From an uncultured Gemmatimonadaceae bacterium (GTDB lineage Bacteria > Gemmatimonadota > Gemmatimonadetes > Gemmatimonadales > Gemmatimonadaceae): DNA of 64,000 nucleotides. Position numbers and translations under genes: made by a program. The stretch's first letter is position 1; the number at the start of each line of letters is the position of its first letter. The DNA lies in the NCBI GenBank assembly GCA_963781585.1, contig CAWAGQ010000003.1:1-64000 (forward strand), read 5' to 3'. The notes beneath the pieces are model-generated. The model made no database searches. It was not told the origin of the DNA and saw nothing but the letters and a program-made list of their open reading frames with translations. Positions 35,333 through 50,435 of the stretch are shown one piece after another.

Positions 35333-35494
35333 GGCAACCTCGCGAAATGGAGCCCGGTATGCGGACCGTCGAGTCCGCGCTCTGTGAAGTCTAATATCCG
35401 CGCCGCCGCCGCTCACCCGCGGGCGGCGACGTCGTCCCGTCGGAGCTCGCAGGCACCCCGTGTCACGGCCGGACTGGTGAATGCCCGACGTCGC

Positions 35495-36979
35495 TCAGCC
35501 GGCGTCGCGAGCCCAGGACAGGGTGGCGCGCACCGCCCGCTGCCATCCCGCGTACCACGCCTTGGCCGCATTGCTGTCCGCCCCCGGTACGAAGGTGGTC
35601 ATCTGCCGCGCGCCGAGGAAGTCTTCCGGCGACCGCCAGAGGCCGACGGCGATCCCCGCCAGACCCGCCGCGCCTAACGCGGTGGTCTCGACCACCGCGG
35701 GGCGCTCCACCGGCAGCCCGAGGACGTCGGCCTGAAACTGCATCATCCAGTCGTTGGCCGCGGCGCCGCCATCCACCCGGAGCCGGTCGACGGGCGCCGT
35801 CACCAGCGGCCGCATGGTCTCGAGCACGTCACAGGTGCCGTAGGCCATGGCCTCCAGCGCCGCACGCGCCAGATGCGCGCGCGTCGTGCCGCGCGTCAGT
35901 CCGACGATGGTGCCGCGCGCGGCGGGCTCCCACTGCGGCGCCCCCAGCCCTGCCAGGGCGGGAACGAAATACACGCCGTCGTTCGAGGTCAGGGACCGCG
36001 CCAGCGACTCCGTCTCCGCGGCGGTCGACACCACCCCCAGCCCATCGCGCAGCCACTGCACCGCGGCACCGGCAATGAAGATCGCCGCCTCGAGGACGTA
36101 CACCGGACCGCCTGACGCATCACACCCGAGCGTGGTGAGCAGACCACCGGCGCTCGGCGGACGTTCGGTACCCGCGTTGAAGAGCAGAAACGCACCGGTG
36201 CCATACGTGTTCTTGCCCTGTCCGGGCAACCAGCATCCCTGACCGAACAACGCCGCCTGCTGGTCTCCCGCAACGCCGCGAATGGGAATCGACCCGCCGA
36301 AGTGTTCGGGCGCGACCACGCCAAAATCACCCGAGGAACGCCGCACCTGCGGCAGCACCGCCGGGTGAACACCGAACAGACGGCAGAGCGTGTCGCTCCA
36401 CTGTCGCCGGTCGATGTCATACAGCATGGTCCGCGACGCGTTGGTGGGATCCGTGGCGTGGACCGCACCGTTCGTCAGGCGCGCAATGAGCCAGCTGTCG
36501 ATCGTGCCGGCGGCCAGTTCGCCGCGCGCGGCGCGCGCTGCCAGCGCCGGCTCCTGAAGCCGGAGCTCGAGCTTGGTCGCCGAAAAGTAGGGATCCACCA
36601 CCAGGCCGGTAATGCCATGGATCTCGGCGGCGCGAGAGGCCAGCTCGGCACAGCGCCCGGCGGTCCGTCGGTCTTGCCACACGATCGCCCGGCCGATGGG
36701 AACCAGCTTCTCGCGATCCCACACGACCACCGTCTCGCGCTGGTTCGTGATGCCAATGGCGACCGGCATCGCGCCAGCTTGCGCGATCGCCTCGCGCCCC
36801 GCCTCGAGCGTGCGCGCGAAAATTTCGTCCGGGTCGTGTTCCACCCAGCCAGGCCGCGGATAGTACTGCGGAATCTCCCGATAACCGCGTCCGCGCACGC
36901 TACCATCCGCAGCGATCACGAGACAGGTCGTCCCGGTGGTGCCCTGATCGATGGCAAGGACCGTGTCGACGGCAGTCAT
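35495..36979 (-). CDS. glpK: Glycerol kinase
   Basis: AIDQGTT, GITNQRET, GDQQAALFGQ, KNTYGTG. Confidence 0.97.
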   Translation of the reverse strand: MTAVDTVLAIDQGTTGTTCLVIAADGSVRGRGYREIPQYYPRPGWVEHDPDEIFARTLEAGREAIAQAGAMPVAIGITNQRETVVVWDREKLVPIGRAIVWQDRRTAGRCAELASRAAEIHGITGLVVDPYFSATKLELRLQEPALAARAARGELAAGTIDSWLIARLTNGAVHATDPTNASRTMLYDIDRRQWSDTLCRLFGVHPAVLPQVRRSSGDFGVVAPEHFGGSIPIRGVAGDQQAALFGQGCWLPGQGKNTYGTGAFLLFNAGTERPPSAGGLLTTLGCDASGGPVYVLEAAIFIAGAAVQWLRDGLGVVSTAAETESLARSLTSNDGVYFVPALAGLGAPQWEPAARGTIVGLTRGTTRAHLARAALEAMAYGTCDVLETMRPLVTAPVDRLRVDGGAAANDWMMQFQADVLGLPVERPAVVETTALGAAGLAGIAVGLWRSPEDFLGARQMTTFVPGADSNAAKAWYAGWQRAVRATLSWARDAG

Positions 36980-37007
36980 GGCGGAGGTCGTCGAGGGGGG
37001 CCCGCAA

Positions 37008-38036
37008 TCACCGCGCGAAATGGAACGGAGCCCGGGATACACCCCGGTCGGTCACGATTGCCGTGACCAGCGCGGCCGGAGTGACGTCGAAGGCCGGCGT
37101 GTAGGCGGGCACGTCGTCAGGTGCGATCGAATGGCCGGCCAGAGAGCGCAGCTCACCTTCGGGGCGGCATTCGATCGCGATGTCGGCGCCCGTGAGTGTA
37201 TCGGGATCGAGCGTGGACGTGGGCGCGGCCACGTAGAATGGAATCCCGTGGTGGTGCGCCAGCGTGGCGAGCCCGTACGTGCCGATCTTGTTCGCCACGT
37301 CGCCGTTGGCGGCGATCCGGTCAGCGCCCACAATGCACGCGTCCACGAGTCCCCGGGCCATGAGACTGCCCGCCGCGCTGTCAGCGAGCACGGTGACCGG
37401 AATCCCGGCGCGGGAGAGCTCCCAGGCGGTGAGGCGGCTCCCCTGCAGCAGCGGCCGCGTTTCCGTGGCGAAGACCTGCACGCGCCAGCCTCGTTCGGCA
37501 GCCAGGTACACCGGGGCGAGCGCGGTGCCGATGCCGCCGGTCGCGAGCGCGCCGGCGTTGCAGTGCGTGAGCACGCGGACGCCGTCGCGCAGGAGCGTGA
37601 TCCCGAATTCTCCGATCCGGCGACACATGGCGCGGTCCTCGTCCAGGATGGCGGTCGCGGCGGCACGCATCCGGGCGAGCAGCGCTGGCGCATCCGGCGC
37701 GTCACCCGCCGCTACGGCGAGCATGCGATCGACGGCCCATGCGAGATTGACCGCGGTGGGCCGGGCGTGCCGAACGCGCGCGGCAGCCTCGGTCAGTCGG
37801 CGCCGAAAGGCGTCGATCGGCACGTCGGTCGATTCGCCCATGACCGCCACGAGGCCCATCGCCGCACAGATCCCGATCGCCGGCGCGCCGCGCACGGCCA
37901 GCGTCCCGATCGCCTCGCTGATTTCCTCGACCGTGCGCAGGTCCTTCTCGACGAGGCGACTCGGCAGCTGGCGCTGGTCGATGATACGCACCGCGTTCCC
38001 GTCGGGAGCCCAGCGGACCGCTTCGATGACGTGCAC
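37008..38036 (-). CDS. mtnA: S-methyl-5-thioribose-1-phosphate isomerase
   Basis: VRGAPAIG, THCNAGALAT, ETRPLLQG, NKIGTY. Confidence 0.96.
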   Translation of the reverse strand: MHVIEAVRWAPDGNAVRIIDQRQLPSRLVEKDLRTVEEISEAIGTLAVRGAPAIGICAAMGLVAVMGESTDVPIDAFRRRLTEAAARVRHARPTAVNLAWAVDRMLAVAAGDAPDAPALLARMRAAATAILDEDRAMCRRIGEFGITLLRDGVRVLTHCNAGALATGGIGTALAPVYLAAERGWRVQVFATETRPLLQGSRLTAWELSRAGIPVTVLADSAAGSLMARGLVDACIVGADRIAANGDVANKIGTYGLATLAHHHGIPFYVAAPTSTLDPDTLTGADIAIECRPEGELRSLAGHSIAPDDVPAYTPAFDVTPAALVTAIVTDRGVSRAPFHFAR

Positions 38037-38054
38037 GAGAGAATTCTAGCGACT

Positions 38055-38086
38055 GGAGGACGGAGGACGGAGGACGGAGGACGGAG
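38055..38086. repeat. Heptamer tandem repeat (GGAGGAC) x4.6
   Basis: Perfect copies at 38055, 38062, 38069, 38076. Confidence 0.9.
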
Positions 38087-38234
38087 CACATGCAGCTGTA
38101 ACCGGACGGTGCAAGAGAGAAGGCGCATCGAGTCGTGCGCCACTAGATTTCGCACGTCGAGCGAAGCGCCGCTTCGCCGCCTTGATCGCGTGACGCTGGC
38201 ATTCGGGTGACGGTCGTAGCGAACGGCTTGGATG

Positions 38235-38269
38235 CTATGGCCCATGGCCCATGACCTATGGCCTCTGAC
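38235..38269. repeat. Imperfect heptamer tandem repeat (CYATGRC-like) x5
   Basis: CTATGGC CCATGGC CCATGAC CTATGGC CTCTGAC. Confidence 0.7.
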
Positions 38270-38283
38270 CTCGGCCTCTTCCC

Positions 38284-39063
38284 ATGCCCTACTCGCATCT
38301 CATCCTGACGGTGCACGAGCATGTCGCGACGGTCACGATCAATCGACCCGACAAGCTCAACGCCCTCACCAGCGACCTGGTCGGCGAGCTCGACCGTGCC
38401 ATTCTCGAGATCAGGGATCGCGACGACGTGGGTGGCGCGATCATCACCGGCGCCGCGCGGGCGTTCGTCGCCGGCGCCGACATCACCGAACTCACCCGGC
38501 TGCGCGAGAGCGGCGCGCGGGACTTCGCCACCAGGGGTCAGGCGGCGTTCAACCGCATCGAGTGGTCCACCAAGCCGATCGTGGCTGCCGTGAACGGATT
38601 CGCGTTAGGCGGTGGTTGCGAGCTGGCGATGGCGTGCCACGTGCGGATCGCGGCGGACACCGCCCGGTTTGGACAACCCGAGGTGAAGCTCGGCATCATC
38701 CCCGGTTACGGCGGCACCCAGCGCCTGCCGCGACTGGTGGGTCGGGGCCGCGCGCTGGAACTGCTGCTCACCGGCGAGCTGGTCGACGCGCAGGAGGCGT
38801 TGCGCATCGGGCTCGTCAATCGCGTGGTGCCCGCGGGCGAGCTTCTGACGGCGGCCGAGACGCTCGTTCGACAGATGCTCGCCAACGCGCCGCTGGCGGT
38901 CGGTTCGTGCATCGAAGCGGTCAACCGCGGGGTCGACCTGCCGCTCGCCGACGGGCTCGCGCTCGAGGCAGGCCTGTTTGCCGTGCTCGCTCGCAGCAAG
39001 GACATGGCCGAAGGCACCGCGGCGTTTCTCGAGAAGCGCACCCCGCATTTCACCGGACGGTGA
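38284..39063 (+). CDS. Enoyl-CoA hydratase/crotonase
   Basis: AFVAGADI, GFALGGGCEL, PEVKLGIIPG. Confidence 0.93.
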   Translation: MPYSHLILTVHEHVATVTINRPDKLNALTSDLVGELDRAILEIRDRDDVGGAIITGAARAFVAGADITELTRLRESGARDFATRGQAAFNRIEWSTKPIVAAVNGFALGGGCELAMACHVRIAADTARFGQPEVKLGIIPGYGGTQRLPRLVGRGRALELLLTGELVDAQEALRIGLVNRVVPAGELLTAAETLVRQMLANAPLAVGSCIEAVNRGVDLPLADGLALEAGLFAVLARSKDMAEGTAAFLEKRTPHFTGR

Positions 39064-39085
39064 GCCGGGAGTCCGAGTGGCGTCG

Positions 39086-40257
39086 ATGACGGAGCAGGCC
39101 GCCCGCTCGGCGGAAGACACCGCGACGACCGCGGCGCGACTGCGCACACTCTCCATTCGCGACTTCCGCAATCTTGGGCACGTCGAACTCGACGCGCCCG
39201 ACGCCGGGTTCGTCGTGGTGGGAGAGAACGGTCACGGCAAGACGAACCTGCTCGAGGCCATCTACTACTGTCACCTCTTTCGATCGATGCGGGGCGCGCG
39301 CGACGAAGAGCTGGTGCGATTCGGGAGCCGGGGGTTCCACCTGGGAAGCACCGCCAGCGGCGCGCCCAGTGACACCATCGGTGTCGGATACGATCACGCA
39401 ACCCGTCGCAAGAAGATCGTGCTCGACGGCGTGGAGCGCGCGCGCCTGAGCGACGCGCTGGGCGCCCTGCCCGGCGTGGTCTTCTCGCCTGCCGACGTGA
39501 CGCTCGTATCCGGCGGTCCGGCGCTCCGGCGCCGTTTCCTCGACGTGATGCTGGCCTCTTCGTCGCGGCGTTACCTCCAGGCGCTCCAGCAGTACCGGAC
39601 CGCGCTGCTGCATCGCAATGCCGCGCTACGGGCCTCGTCGCGGCTCGCGGACGCCGCCGCGCGCGTACGCGTGTGGGAAGCCCCACTGGCCCGATACGGC
39701 GCCATCCTCCGGTGCGAGCGCGAGACGTGGATCGCCTGGGCCCGCGCGCCGTTCGCGCGATTGTGCGCGGCGATCGGGGAACGAGAGCCGGCCGACCTTC
39801 GGGCGCGATCGAGCGTGCCACTCGACGAGTCGTGCTCCGAGGACGCCGCTGCCGGCGCATTGGCGGCCGCCCTCGCCGGGCACCGGGACCGCGACCTGCA
39901 GCGGGGCATGACGCAGGTGGGGCCTCATCGCGACGACCTCGAGTTCCGCCTCGGTGCGCACGCCACGCGATCATTCGGATCGGCGGGTCAGCACCGGACG
40001 GCGGCCATTGCCGTGCGCCTGCTGGAGCGCCGCACCTATCGCGAGCGCAGCGGACGCGAACCGCTGGTGCTGCTGGACGATCCGTTCGCTGAACTCGACG
40101 CCGGTCGCGCGCGGTCGGTGCTTGGGCTCCTGGTGGAGCGGCACGACGGGCAGGCCGTGTTCGCGGTACCGCGCCCCGATGACATTCCCGAGGCGCTCAC
40201 CGGCCTCCCGCGGTTTCGGATCCGGGATGGCGTGCTGACGCGCGCCGCGGGCGGAGC

Positions 40258-40261
<4 letters not shown>
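39086..40261 (+). CDS. recF: DNA replication and repair protein RecF
   Basis: FRN, GENGHGKTNLLEAI, GPHRDDL, GSAGQ, LLDDPFAELD. Confidence 0.95.
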
Positions 40262-42682
<2,421 letters not shown>

Positions 42683-42688
42683 GGAGCG

Positions 42689-42916
42689 CTACTGGCGTCG
42701 CGCGTAGCGGAAGAGGACCACGGCGTAAACCACGTGGGCGGCCGCGATCGCCGCCACCGGCACGGCCACCGCGATCCAGGTCAGCGCCGACAGGCCGACG
42801 GCCATCCCGCCACGCGGCGTCGGCCGCGAAACGAACGCAATCAGGCCGTAGAGGCCGACGACACCCGCGGCCACCGCCAAGGCGCCGAAGGCCGCCGGGC
42901 GCGCAAAGCGCTTCAT
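42689..42916 (-). CDS. Small two-TM membrane protein
   Basis: Two hydrophobic helices after MKRFAR. Confidence 0.6.
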   Translation of the reverse strand: MKRFARPAAFGALAVAAGVVGLYGLIAFVSRPTPRGGMAVGLSALTWIAVAVPVAAIAAAHVVYAVVLFRYARRQ

Positions 42917-43116
42917 CGTGATTTCCATGTCACGGACTGGCTGAGGCCGAGGGTCGCGGAGGCGTGGCGTCGGCCACCCTCCGTCATCGCGGTCGGTCGG
43001 CGGCCAATATGCGTCGGGGACGCGCCCCCGCAACAGGCCGAAGGTTTTTCGATCCACGATCGATGCCCGCGGTCTCGGCATGCGACCGTTCCGGTGTTGC
43101 GCCGGGCGCTCCCCCG

Positions 43117-44478
43117 CTAGTCGTTATGCACCAGCGGCTCAGCGGGCTCTTCCAGATACAGCTCGGCGCCGGCCGCGGTGACGCGATGCGAGATCAGCGG
43201 CAGCGGCAGATCGGCCTCATCTTCGATCCGGATGGCCGCCTCGAGCGCGGCGCGCCCGGCAGCGACCCCCGCCCCGTCCCGGGCGAAGATCGTGGCCAGC
43301 GGCTCCCCCTGGCGGACCAGGTCGCCGGGTCTGGCGCCGATCACGAATCCCACGCTGGGATCCACCTCGTCGTCCACCCGCCGCCGCCCACCGCCAAGGG
43401 CCACCACGCCGCGCCCCACCTCGCGCGGTTCCACGCACGCCACCACGCCGTTCCGACGCGCGGTGAACAGCTCGCATTCGCGCGACTGCGGCAGCCGCGA
43501 GGGATCGTCCACCACGCCTGGGTCGCCGCCCTGCGCCTCCACGATCTCCTGGAACTTCTCGGCCGCCCGCCCCGACGAAATCGACACTTCCATGGCGCGA
43601 ATCGCCGCGTCCCGCGTGTCGGCAGCGCCTGCCAGCACCAGCATTTCCGCGCCTAACGCGTACAGGACACGCATCAGATCGGGCGGCCCTTCGCCCCGCA
43701 GCGCATACGCCGCCTCCTCCACCTCGAGCGCGTTGCCACAGGCGCGACCAAGCGGCCGGTCCATCGCCGTGACCAGTGCCACCACCGGGAGACCGTGGTC
43801 GCGCCCCAACGCCACCATCTGGTGCGCCAGTGCCAACCCCCGGTCCACCTCGGGCAGAAAGGCTCCCGATCCGCGCTTCACATCGAGCACCAGACCGGTC
43901 AGTCCTTCGGCCAGCTTCTTGCTCATGATGCTGGCGGCCATGAGCGGAATGCTCTCCACAGTCGCTGTGGCGTTGCGGAGATCGTACAAGCGACGATCGG
44001 CCGGCGCGATCTCATCGCTCTGCCCCATCAGCACACACCCGATGCGCTCGAGCTGGTCTCGCGCCTCCCGCAGCGTCAAGCGCGTTCGAAATCCGGGGAT
44101 GGACTCGAGCTTGTCGAGTGTCCCGCCCGTGTGGCCGAGACCGCGCCCGGACATCATTGGGACGCAGACCCCAAGTGATGACACCAGCGGCGCCAGCACG
44201 AGCGAGACCTTGTCACCCACCCCGCCGGTCGAATGCTTGTCGACGCGAGGCCGCGCCAGATCGGAGAGGTCGAGCGAGGCGCCGCTGGCCACCATCGCTT
44301 CGGTGAGCGCCGCCGTCTCCTCGCGATCGAGTCCACGGATGAAGATCGCCATCAGGAGCGCCGCCATCTGATAGTCGGGGATCCGCTCCTGCAGAAATTC
44401 CCCCAGCAGCTCGCTCCATTCCTCCGGCGCGATCCGGCCGCCGTCGCGCTTCCGTTCGATCAGGCGATTGGCGACCAT
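43117..44478 (-). CDS. pdp: Pyrimidine-nucleoside/thymidine phosphorylase
   Basis: DKHSTGGVGDK, SGRGLGHTGGTLDKLESIPG. Confidence 0.95.
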   Translation of the reverse strand: MVANRLIERKRDGGRIAPEEWSELLGEFLQERIPDYQMAALLMAIFIRGLDREETAALTEAMVASGASLDLSDLARPRVDKHSTGGVGDKVSLVLAPLVSSLGVCVPMMSGRGLGHTGGTLDKLESIPGFRTRLTLREARDQLERIGCVLMGQSDEIAPADRRLYDLRNATATVESIPLMAASIMSKKLAEGLTGLVLDVKRGSGAFLPEVDRGLALAHQMVALGRDHGLPVVALVTAMDRPLGRACGNALEVEEAAYALRGEGPPDLMRVLYALGAEMLVLAGAADTRDAAIRAMEVSISSGRAAEKFQEIVEAQGGDPGVVDDPSRLPQSRECELFTARRNGVVACVEPREVGRGVVALGGGRRRVDDEVDPSVGFVIGARPGDLVRQGEPLATIFARDGAGVAAGRAALEAAIRIEDEADLPLPLISHRVTAAGAELYLEEPAEPLVHND

Positions 44479-44588
44479 ACGGGTGCCTGCAGTGTAGAGA
44501 AAACCCACAATCCCCGGGACGGCCGGCCGGAGCGACCCCCTTCCGCCTCCTCGCTGCCCAATTTCACCACAGCCCTGGCGGAGGGCGC

Positions 44589-45359
44589 ATGATCGCAGTG
44601 ATACGATTGCTCCTGATATCCATCGGCCTGGTGGGCGGCCGCGTCGCCGCATCGCAGACGGTCGCGGACGAGATAGCCCTTGGCGACAGTCTCCACGCCG
44701 CGTTTCAGCCCGCGGGCGCGCTCAAGCACTACGAAGCCGCCATTGCCCTCGACTCCACCAGCGCGGATGCCTGGGCCAAGGCCTCGGGCAGCGCCGTGGA
44801 TGTGGGTGAAGGCGGGTCGGACGCCTCGCGCAGCAAGGAACTGTACCAGCGCGCCCAGAAATACGCGCGCCGCGCCGTTGCCCTGGCCCCGGACGACCCG
44901 GACGCGCATTTCGACCTCGCGCGCGCGCTCGGCCGCATGGCGCAGATCGTCGGAATCAAGGAGCGCGTGAGGTACGCGGTCGAGATTCGCGAACAGGCGT
45001 TGGCGGCGCTCAAGGCCAATCCCGACCATCCCGGCGCCCTTCACGTTCTGGGCGAATGGAACGCCGAGGTGATGCGTCTGCACGGCTACGAGCGATTCTT
45101 CGCGCAACATCTGCTTGGCGGCGGGGTGCTGGGTGAAGCCAACTGGAAGGACGCGGTCTCCAATCTCGAGCGCGCCGTGGCCGTGGACCCCACGCGCCTC
45201 TCGCATCATCTCGACCTCGGCAAGATCTACGTCGACACGGGGGAGAAAGCAAAGGCACGCGAGCAGCTCGAATGGGTCGTGGCTGCGACCGAGCGAACGG
45301 ACGTGAACGACCCGATCTACAAGCGGCAGGCGGCCGCCGAGCTGAAGCGCCTGAAGTAG
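44589..45359 (+). CDS. Exported TPR-like helical protein
   Basis: Signal peptide and TPR-like repeats. Confidence 0.7.
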   Translation: MIAVIRLLLISIGLVGGRVAASQTVADEIALGDSLHAAFQPAGALKHYEAAIALDSTSADAWAKASGSAVDVGEGGSDASRSKELYQRAQKYARRAVALAPDDPDAHFDLARALGRMAQIVGIKERVRYAVEIREQALAALKANPDHPGALHVLGEWNAEVMRLHGYERFFAQHLLGGGVLGEANWKDAVSNLERAVAVDPTRLSHHLDLGKIYVDTGEKAKAREQLEWVVAATERTDVNDPIYKRQAAAELKRLK

Positions 45360-45559
45360 GTGCGCCCGGTCGCAGCGCCACTGTGAGGCGCGTGGCTCGA
45401 ATCGTCCCCTCCACGTCGGATCGCGGCTGTGTGATGTCGCACAGATTGACGTCGTGCGCCCCCGCACCGTCTGAAGCATGACGCATCATCTGTATCGCCT
45501 CCGCGTGTCTGCCGGCTGCCTCGCACTCACGCGGGGATCGACCCATTCCGACGCCCCCA

Positions 45560-46408
45560 ATGGAGTATCCTGGAGTCATCACACCGATCGACGCCGAAGC
45601 CGCGCGGGACGACGATCCGGCGCACTTGCAGGCGCGCCTGAGCGAGCTGATTCGCGAGCGCGACCAACTGCTCGCGGCCGTGGACATTCTGCAGGAGATT
45701 TCCACCTCGCTGCATTTCAGCGAGATCCTGCAGCGGATCGCGCGCCGCCTGGGCGACCTGTTTGGTCTCGACCGCTGCTCGATCTATCTCGCCGGCGACA
45801 TTGCCGCCGAGGTTCGCCTGGTGGCGACCTACGAGAATCCCGCGCTGCGCAACCTGGTGGTCGACCTGGACCGCTACCCCGAACTCAAGCAGGCGTTTAC
45901 CTCCGGGCAGACAGTGTTCATTCCCGACGCCTCGCGCGAACCGATGCTCGAGAGCGTGCGCCCCACGCTCGACGATCGCAGCGTCCGTTCGATCGTGGTC
46001 ATTCCGGTGCGATGGCGCACGAACGTGATCGGCGCCGTGTTCCTGCGCACCGAACGCGGGTCAACACCCTTTTCGGACAGCGACATCCGGTTCTGCGAGA
46101 TGATCGCCTCGCTGACGGCGAAAGCGCTGCGCAACGCGCATCGCTTCGAGACCCTGCAGCGCGCGACCGGGGACCACGCCGAGCGGGAGCGGCGCGCCGC
46201 ACTCGAGCGCATCGCGCTGATCGCGTTCCTGCGGCGTCTCCTCGAACGGCACGCCACCAGCTCCGAACATCTCTGGGCGGAAACGCTGCTGCCGCGTGCC
46301 AGCGACGAGGAACTCGAGCGGCTCACGTCGGTGGCGATGCGGGTGATCGTCGATGAAGCGGAAGGGGAGACCGTGCCCCGAAGTGACGGGCCGCCAGCCG
46401 AACTCTAG
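45560..46408 (+). CDS. Stand-alone GAF domain protein
   Basis: Coiled coil plus DRCSI...RSIVVIP...IGAVFL...PFSDSD. Confidence 0.75.
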   Translation: MEYPGVITPIDAEAARDDDPAHLQARLSELIRERDQLLAAVDILQEISTSLHFSEILQRIARRLGDLFGLDRCSIYLAGDIAAEVRLVATYENPALRNLVVDLDRYPELKQAFTSGQTVFIPDASREPMLESVRPTLDDRSVRSIVVIPVRWRTNVIGAVFLRTERGSTPFSDSDIRFCEMIASLTAKALRNAHRFETLQRATGDHAERERRAALERIALIAFLRRLLERHATSSEHLWAETLLPRASDEELERLTSVAMRVIVDEAEGETVPRSDGPPAEL

Positions 46409-46495
46409 CCGCGCGCACCGGCGGCGGGGCGCCCGACCTGACATCCCGGGGCGGGCTTCAGTGGCCTCACGGCGCCGCCGCGCCTGACGACGATC

Positions 46496-47002
46496 TCATT
46501 CCTCCTGGACGTCGAACAGGATCGTGGCCGGGATGCTGGCCAGGCCGGCCTGCACCAACCAGGTGTCCATGGTGTCGGCGAGCAGATGCCGGTCCTCCTC
46601 GGAGAGTGCCCGAAGCCCGTCGATCATGCGCAGCTGCACCGGGCGTGGCGCCTGCGCCAGCACGCCGTGACCTGACGCCGTCACCTCGAGAATGACCCGG
46701 CGCCCGTCCTCAAGCGAGCGGCTGCGGCTGACAAGACCGGCATTCACCAATCGGGTCACGACTTCGGATGCGGAACTGGTGGCGGTGAGCGTGCGTTCCG
46801 CCAGCCGCTGAAGCGACTGTCGCGGCTCCTCGGCGAGCTGCTGGAGCACGAACAGCTGGCCGGCGCTCACGCCGAACGCTCGCTCAGTGGCGCGGTCGGC
46901 GGCTCGAAGGGCCCGGACGAACCGGCGCAGCGCGTCCATCACTCGGGCTGTCGGATCACCGGAGGAAACGCGGGGTGGTCGTTCGCTGACGGAAGAGGGC
47001 AT
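46496..47002 (-). CDS. MarR family transcriptional regulator
   Basis: wHTH with LV..GLVSR....DGRRVIL.VT; start uncertain. Confidence 0.85.
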   Translation of the reverse strand: MPSSVSERPPRVSSGDPTARVMDALRRFVRALRAADRATERAFGVSAGQLFVLQQLAEEPRQSLQRLAERTLTATSSASEVVTRLVNAGLVSRSRSLEDGRRVILEVTASGHGVLAQAPRPVQLRMIDGLRALSEEDRHLLADTMDTWLVQAGLASIPATILFDVQEE

Positions 47003-47223
47003 CGGAGGAGTGGGTTGCGCGATCCGGATCGGGAAACCAAGCCACCAGTACGACGTTGGACGCCCCGTCCCCGGCAGCGTTATCACGTCTTGATGACGGT
47101 CGTGGCGGTCAGACGGCATCAATCAGGGCCGTCGCCCGGTAGCTTACGTGTGTAACCCCAGGGACGTTGCCGCAGCCGGCGCCGGACCACCCCGCTCTGC
47201 CCGACCTCCAACCCGCGAGGACC

Positions 47224-47748
47224 ATGCTCATCACCAAGCAAATGAACGGCGCCATGAACCAGCAGATCGGAAACGAGCTGGCGGCGTCGAACCAGTACGT
47301 GGCGATCGCGGTGTACTTCGACCGCGAGGGACTTCCGATGCTGGCCAAGCATTTCTATCGGCAGGCGGCCGAGGAACGCGATCATGCCATGCGGTTCGTG
47401 AAGTATCTGGTCGAGGCAGATGCCGAGGTGCGAATTCCCCAGATCCCCGCTCCTACGGCCAGGTTCAAATCGGCCGAAGAGGCGGTCAAGCTGTCGCTCG
47501 ACAGCGAGCTGCGCGTGACGGGGCAGATCAACGCCATCGTGGACCGCGCCGTGAAGGAGAGCGATCACATGAGCAAGAACATGCTGGAGTGGTTCGTCTC
47601 AGAGCAGCGGGAGGAAGTCACAAGCATGGACACCCTGCTCCGCATGGTGCGGCGCGCCGGCGAGAGTGGCCTCTTTTTCGTGGAGAACTTCCTCCTTCAG
47701 GGGGGACTGCCGCCGGATGCGGCGGGCGCCGAGGGCGATGCCGAGTAG
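47224..47748 (+). CDS. Ferritin
   Basis: NQQIGNELAASNQY, EERDHA, WFVSEQREE ferroxidase residues. Confidence 0.92.
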   Translation: MLITKQMNGAMNQQIGNELAASNQYVAIAVYFDREGLPMLAKHFYRQAAEERDHAMRFVKYLVEADAEVRIPQIPAPTARFKSAEEAVKLSLDSELRVTGQINAIVDRAVKESDHMSKNMLEWFVSEQREEVTSMDTLLRMVRRAGESGLFFVENFLLQGGLPPDAAGAEGDAE

Positions 47749-49848
<2,100 letters not shown>

Positions 49849-49859
49849 CGCGGACCGCC

Positions 49860-50420
49860 ATGCCAGAGTCGATCGATCATACCGCTCACCCCATGCTCTC
49901 GCTCACGCGGGCGTCGCTGCTCTCCCTGCGTGCGGCCCTGCTGCGCGACAGCGGTCCACGGGCCGCGGTGGCCCTGCAGGAAGCCGGCTACGCTGGCGGC
50001 GACTCCCTGTTCGCGGCGTTTCGGCGATGGCTTGCGGCCCGTTCCGATATCGCCGCCGAGGATCTCGACGTCGAGACCTTCGAGCAGCGGATCTCGGAGT
50101 TTTTCGGCGAGACGGGATGGGGCCACATCCAGATCGGCACGATCGACCAGGTAGTGGCGACGCTCGACTCGGCCGACTGGGGCGAGGCCGACGACGCGGA
50201 GCAAACCGATCATCCCGCCTGCCACATCACGACCGGCATGTTCGCCGATCTGTTCGGACGTCTGGCCGGCGCTCCGGTGGCCGTCCTGGAAGTGGAATGC
50301 CGTTCGGCCGGGCATCCCCGGTGCCGCTTCCTGGTCGGGAATCCGGAGATGATGGACGCCGTCTACGACGAGATGGGACGCGGCGCCACCTACCAGCTGG
50401 CGGTGCACGCCGCCGCCTAA
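49860..50420 (+). CDS. V4R domain protein
   Basis: GWG, C..TG, EVECRSAG..RCRF. Confidence 0.8.
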   Translation: MPESIDHTAHPMLSLTRASLLSLRAALLRDSGPRAAVALQEAGYAGGDSLFAAFRRWLAARSDIAAEDLDVETFEQRISEFFGETGWGHIQIGTIDQVVATLDSADWGEADDAEQTDHPACHITTGMFADLFGRLAGAPVAVLEVECRSAGHPRCRFLVGNPEMMDAVYDEMGRGATYQLAVHAAA

Positions 50421-50435
50421 CGCTCCCCGGCGCTC

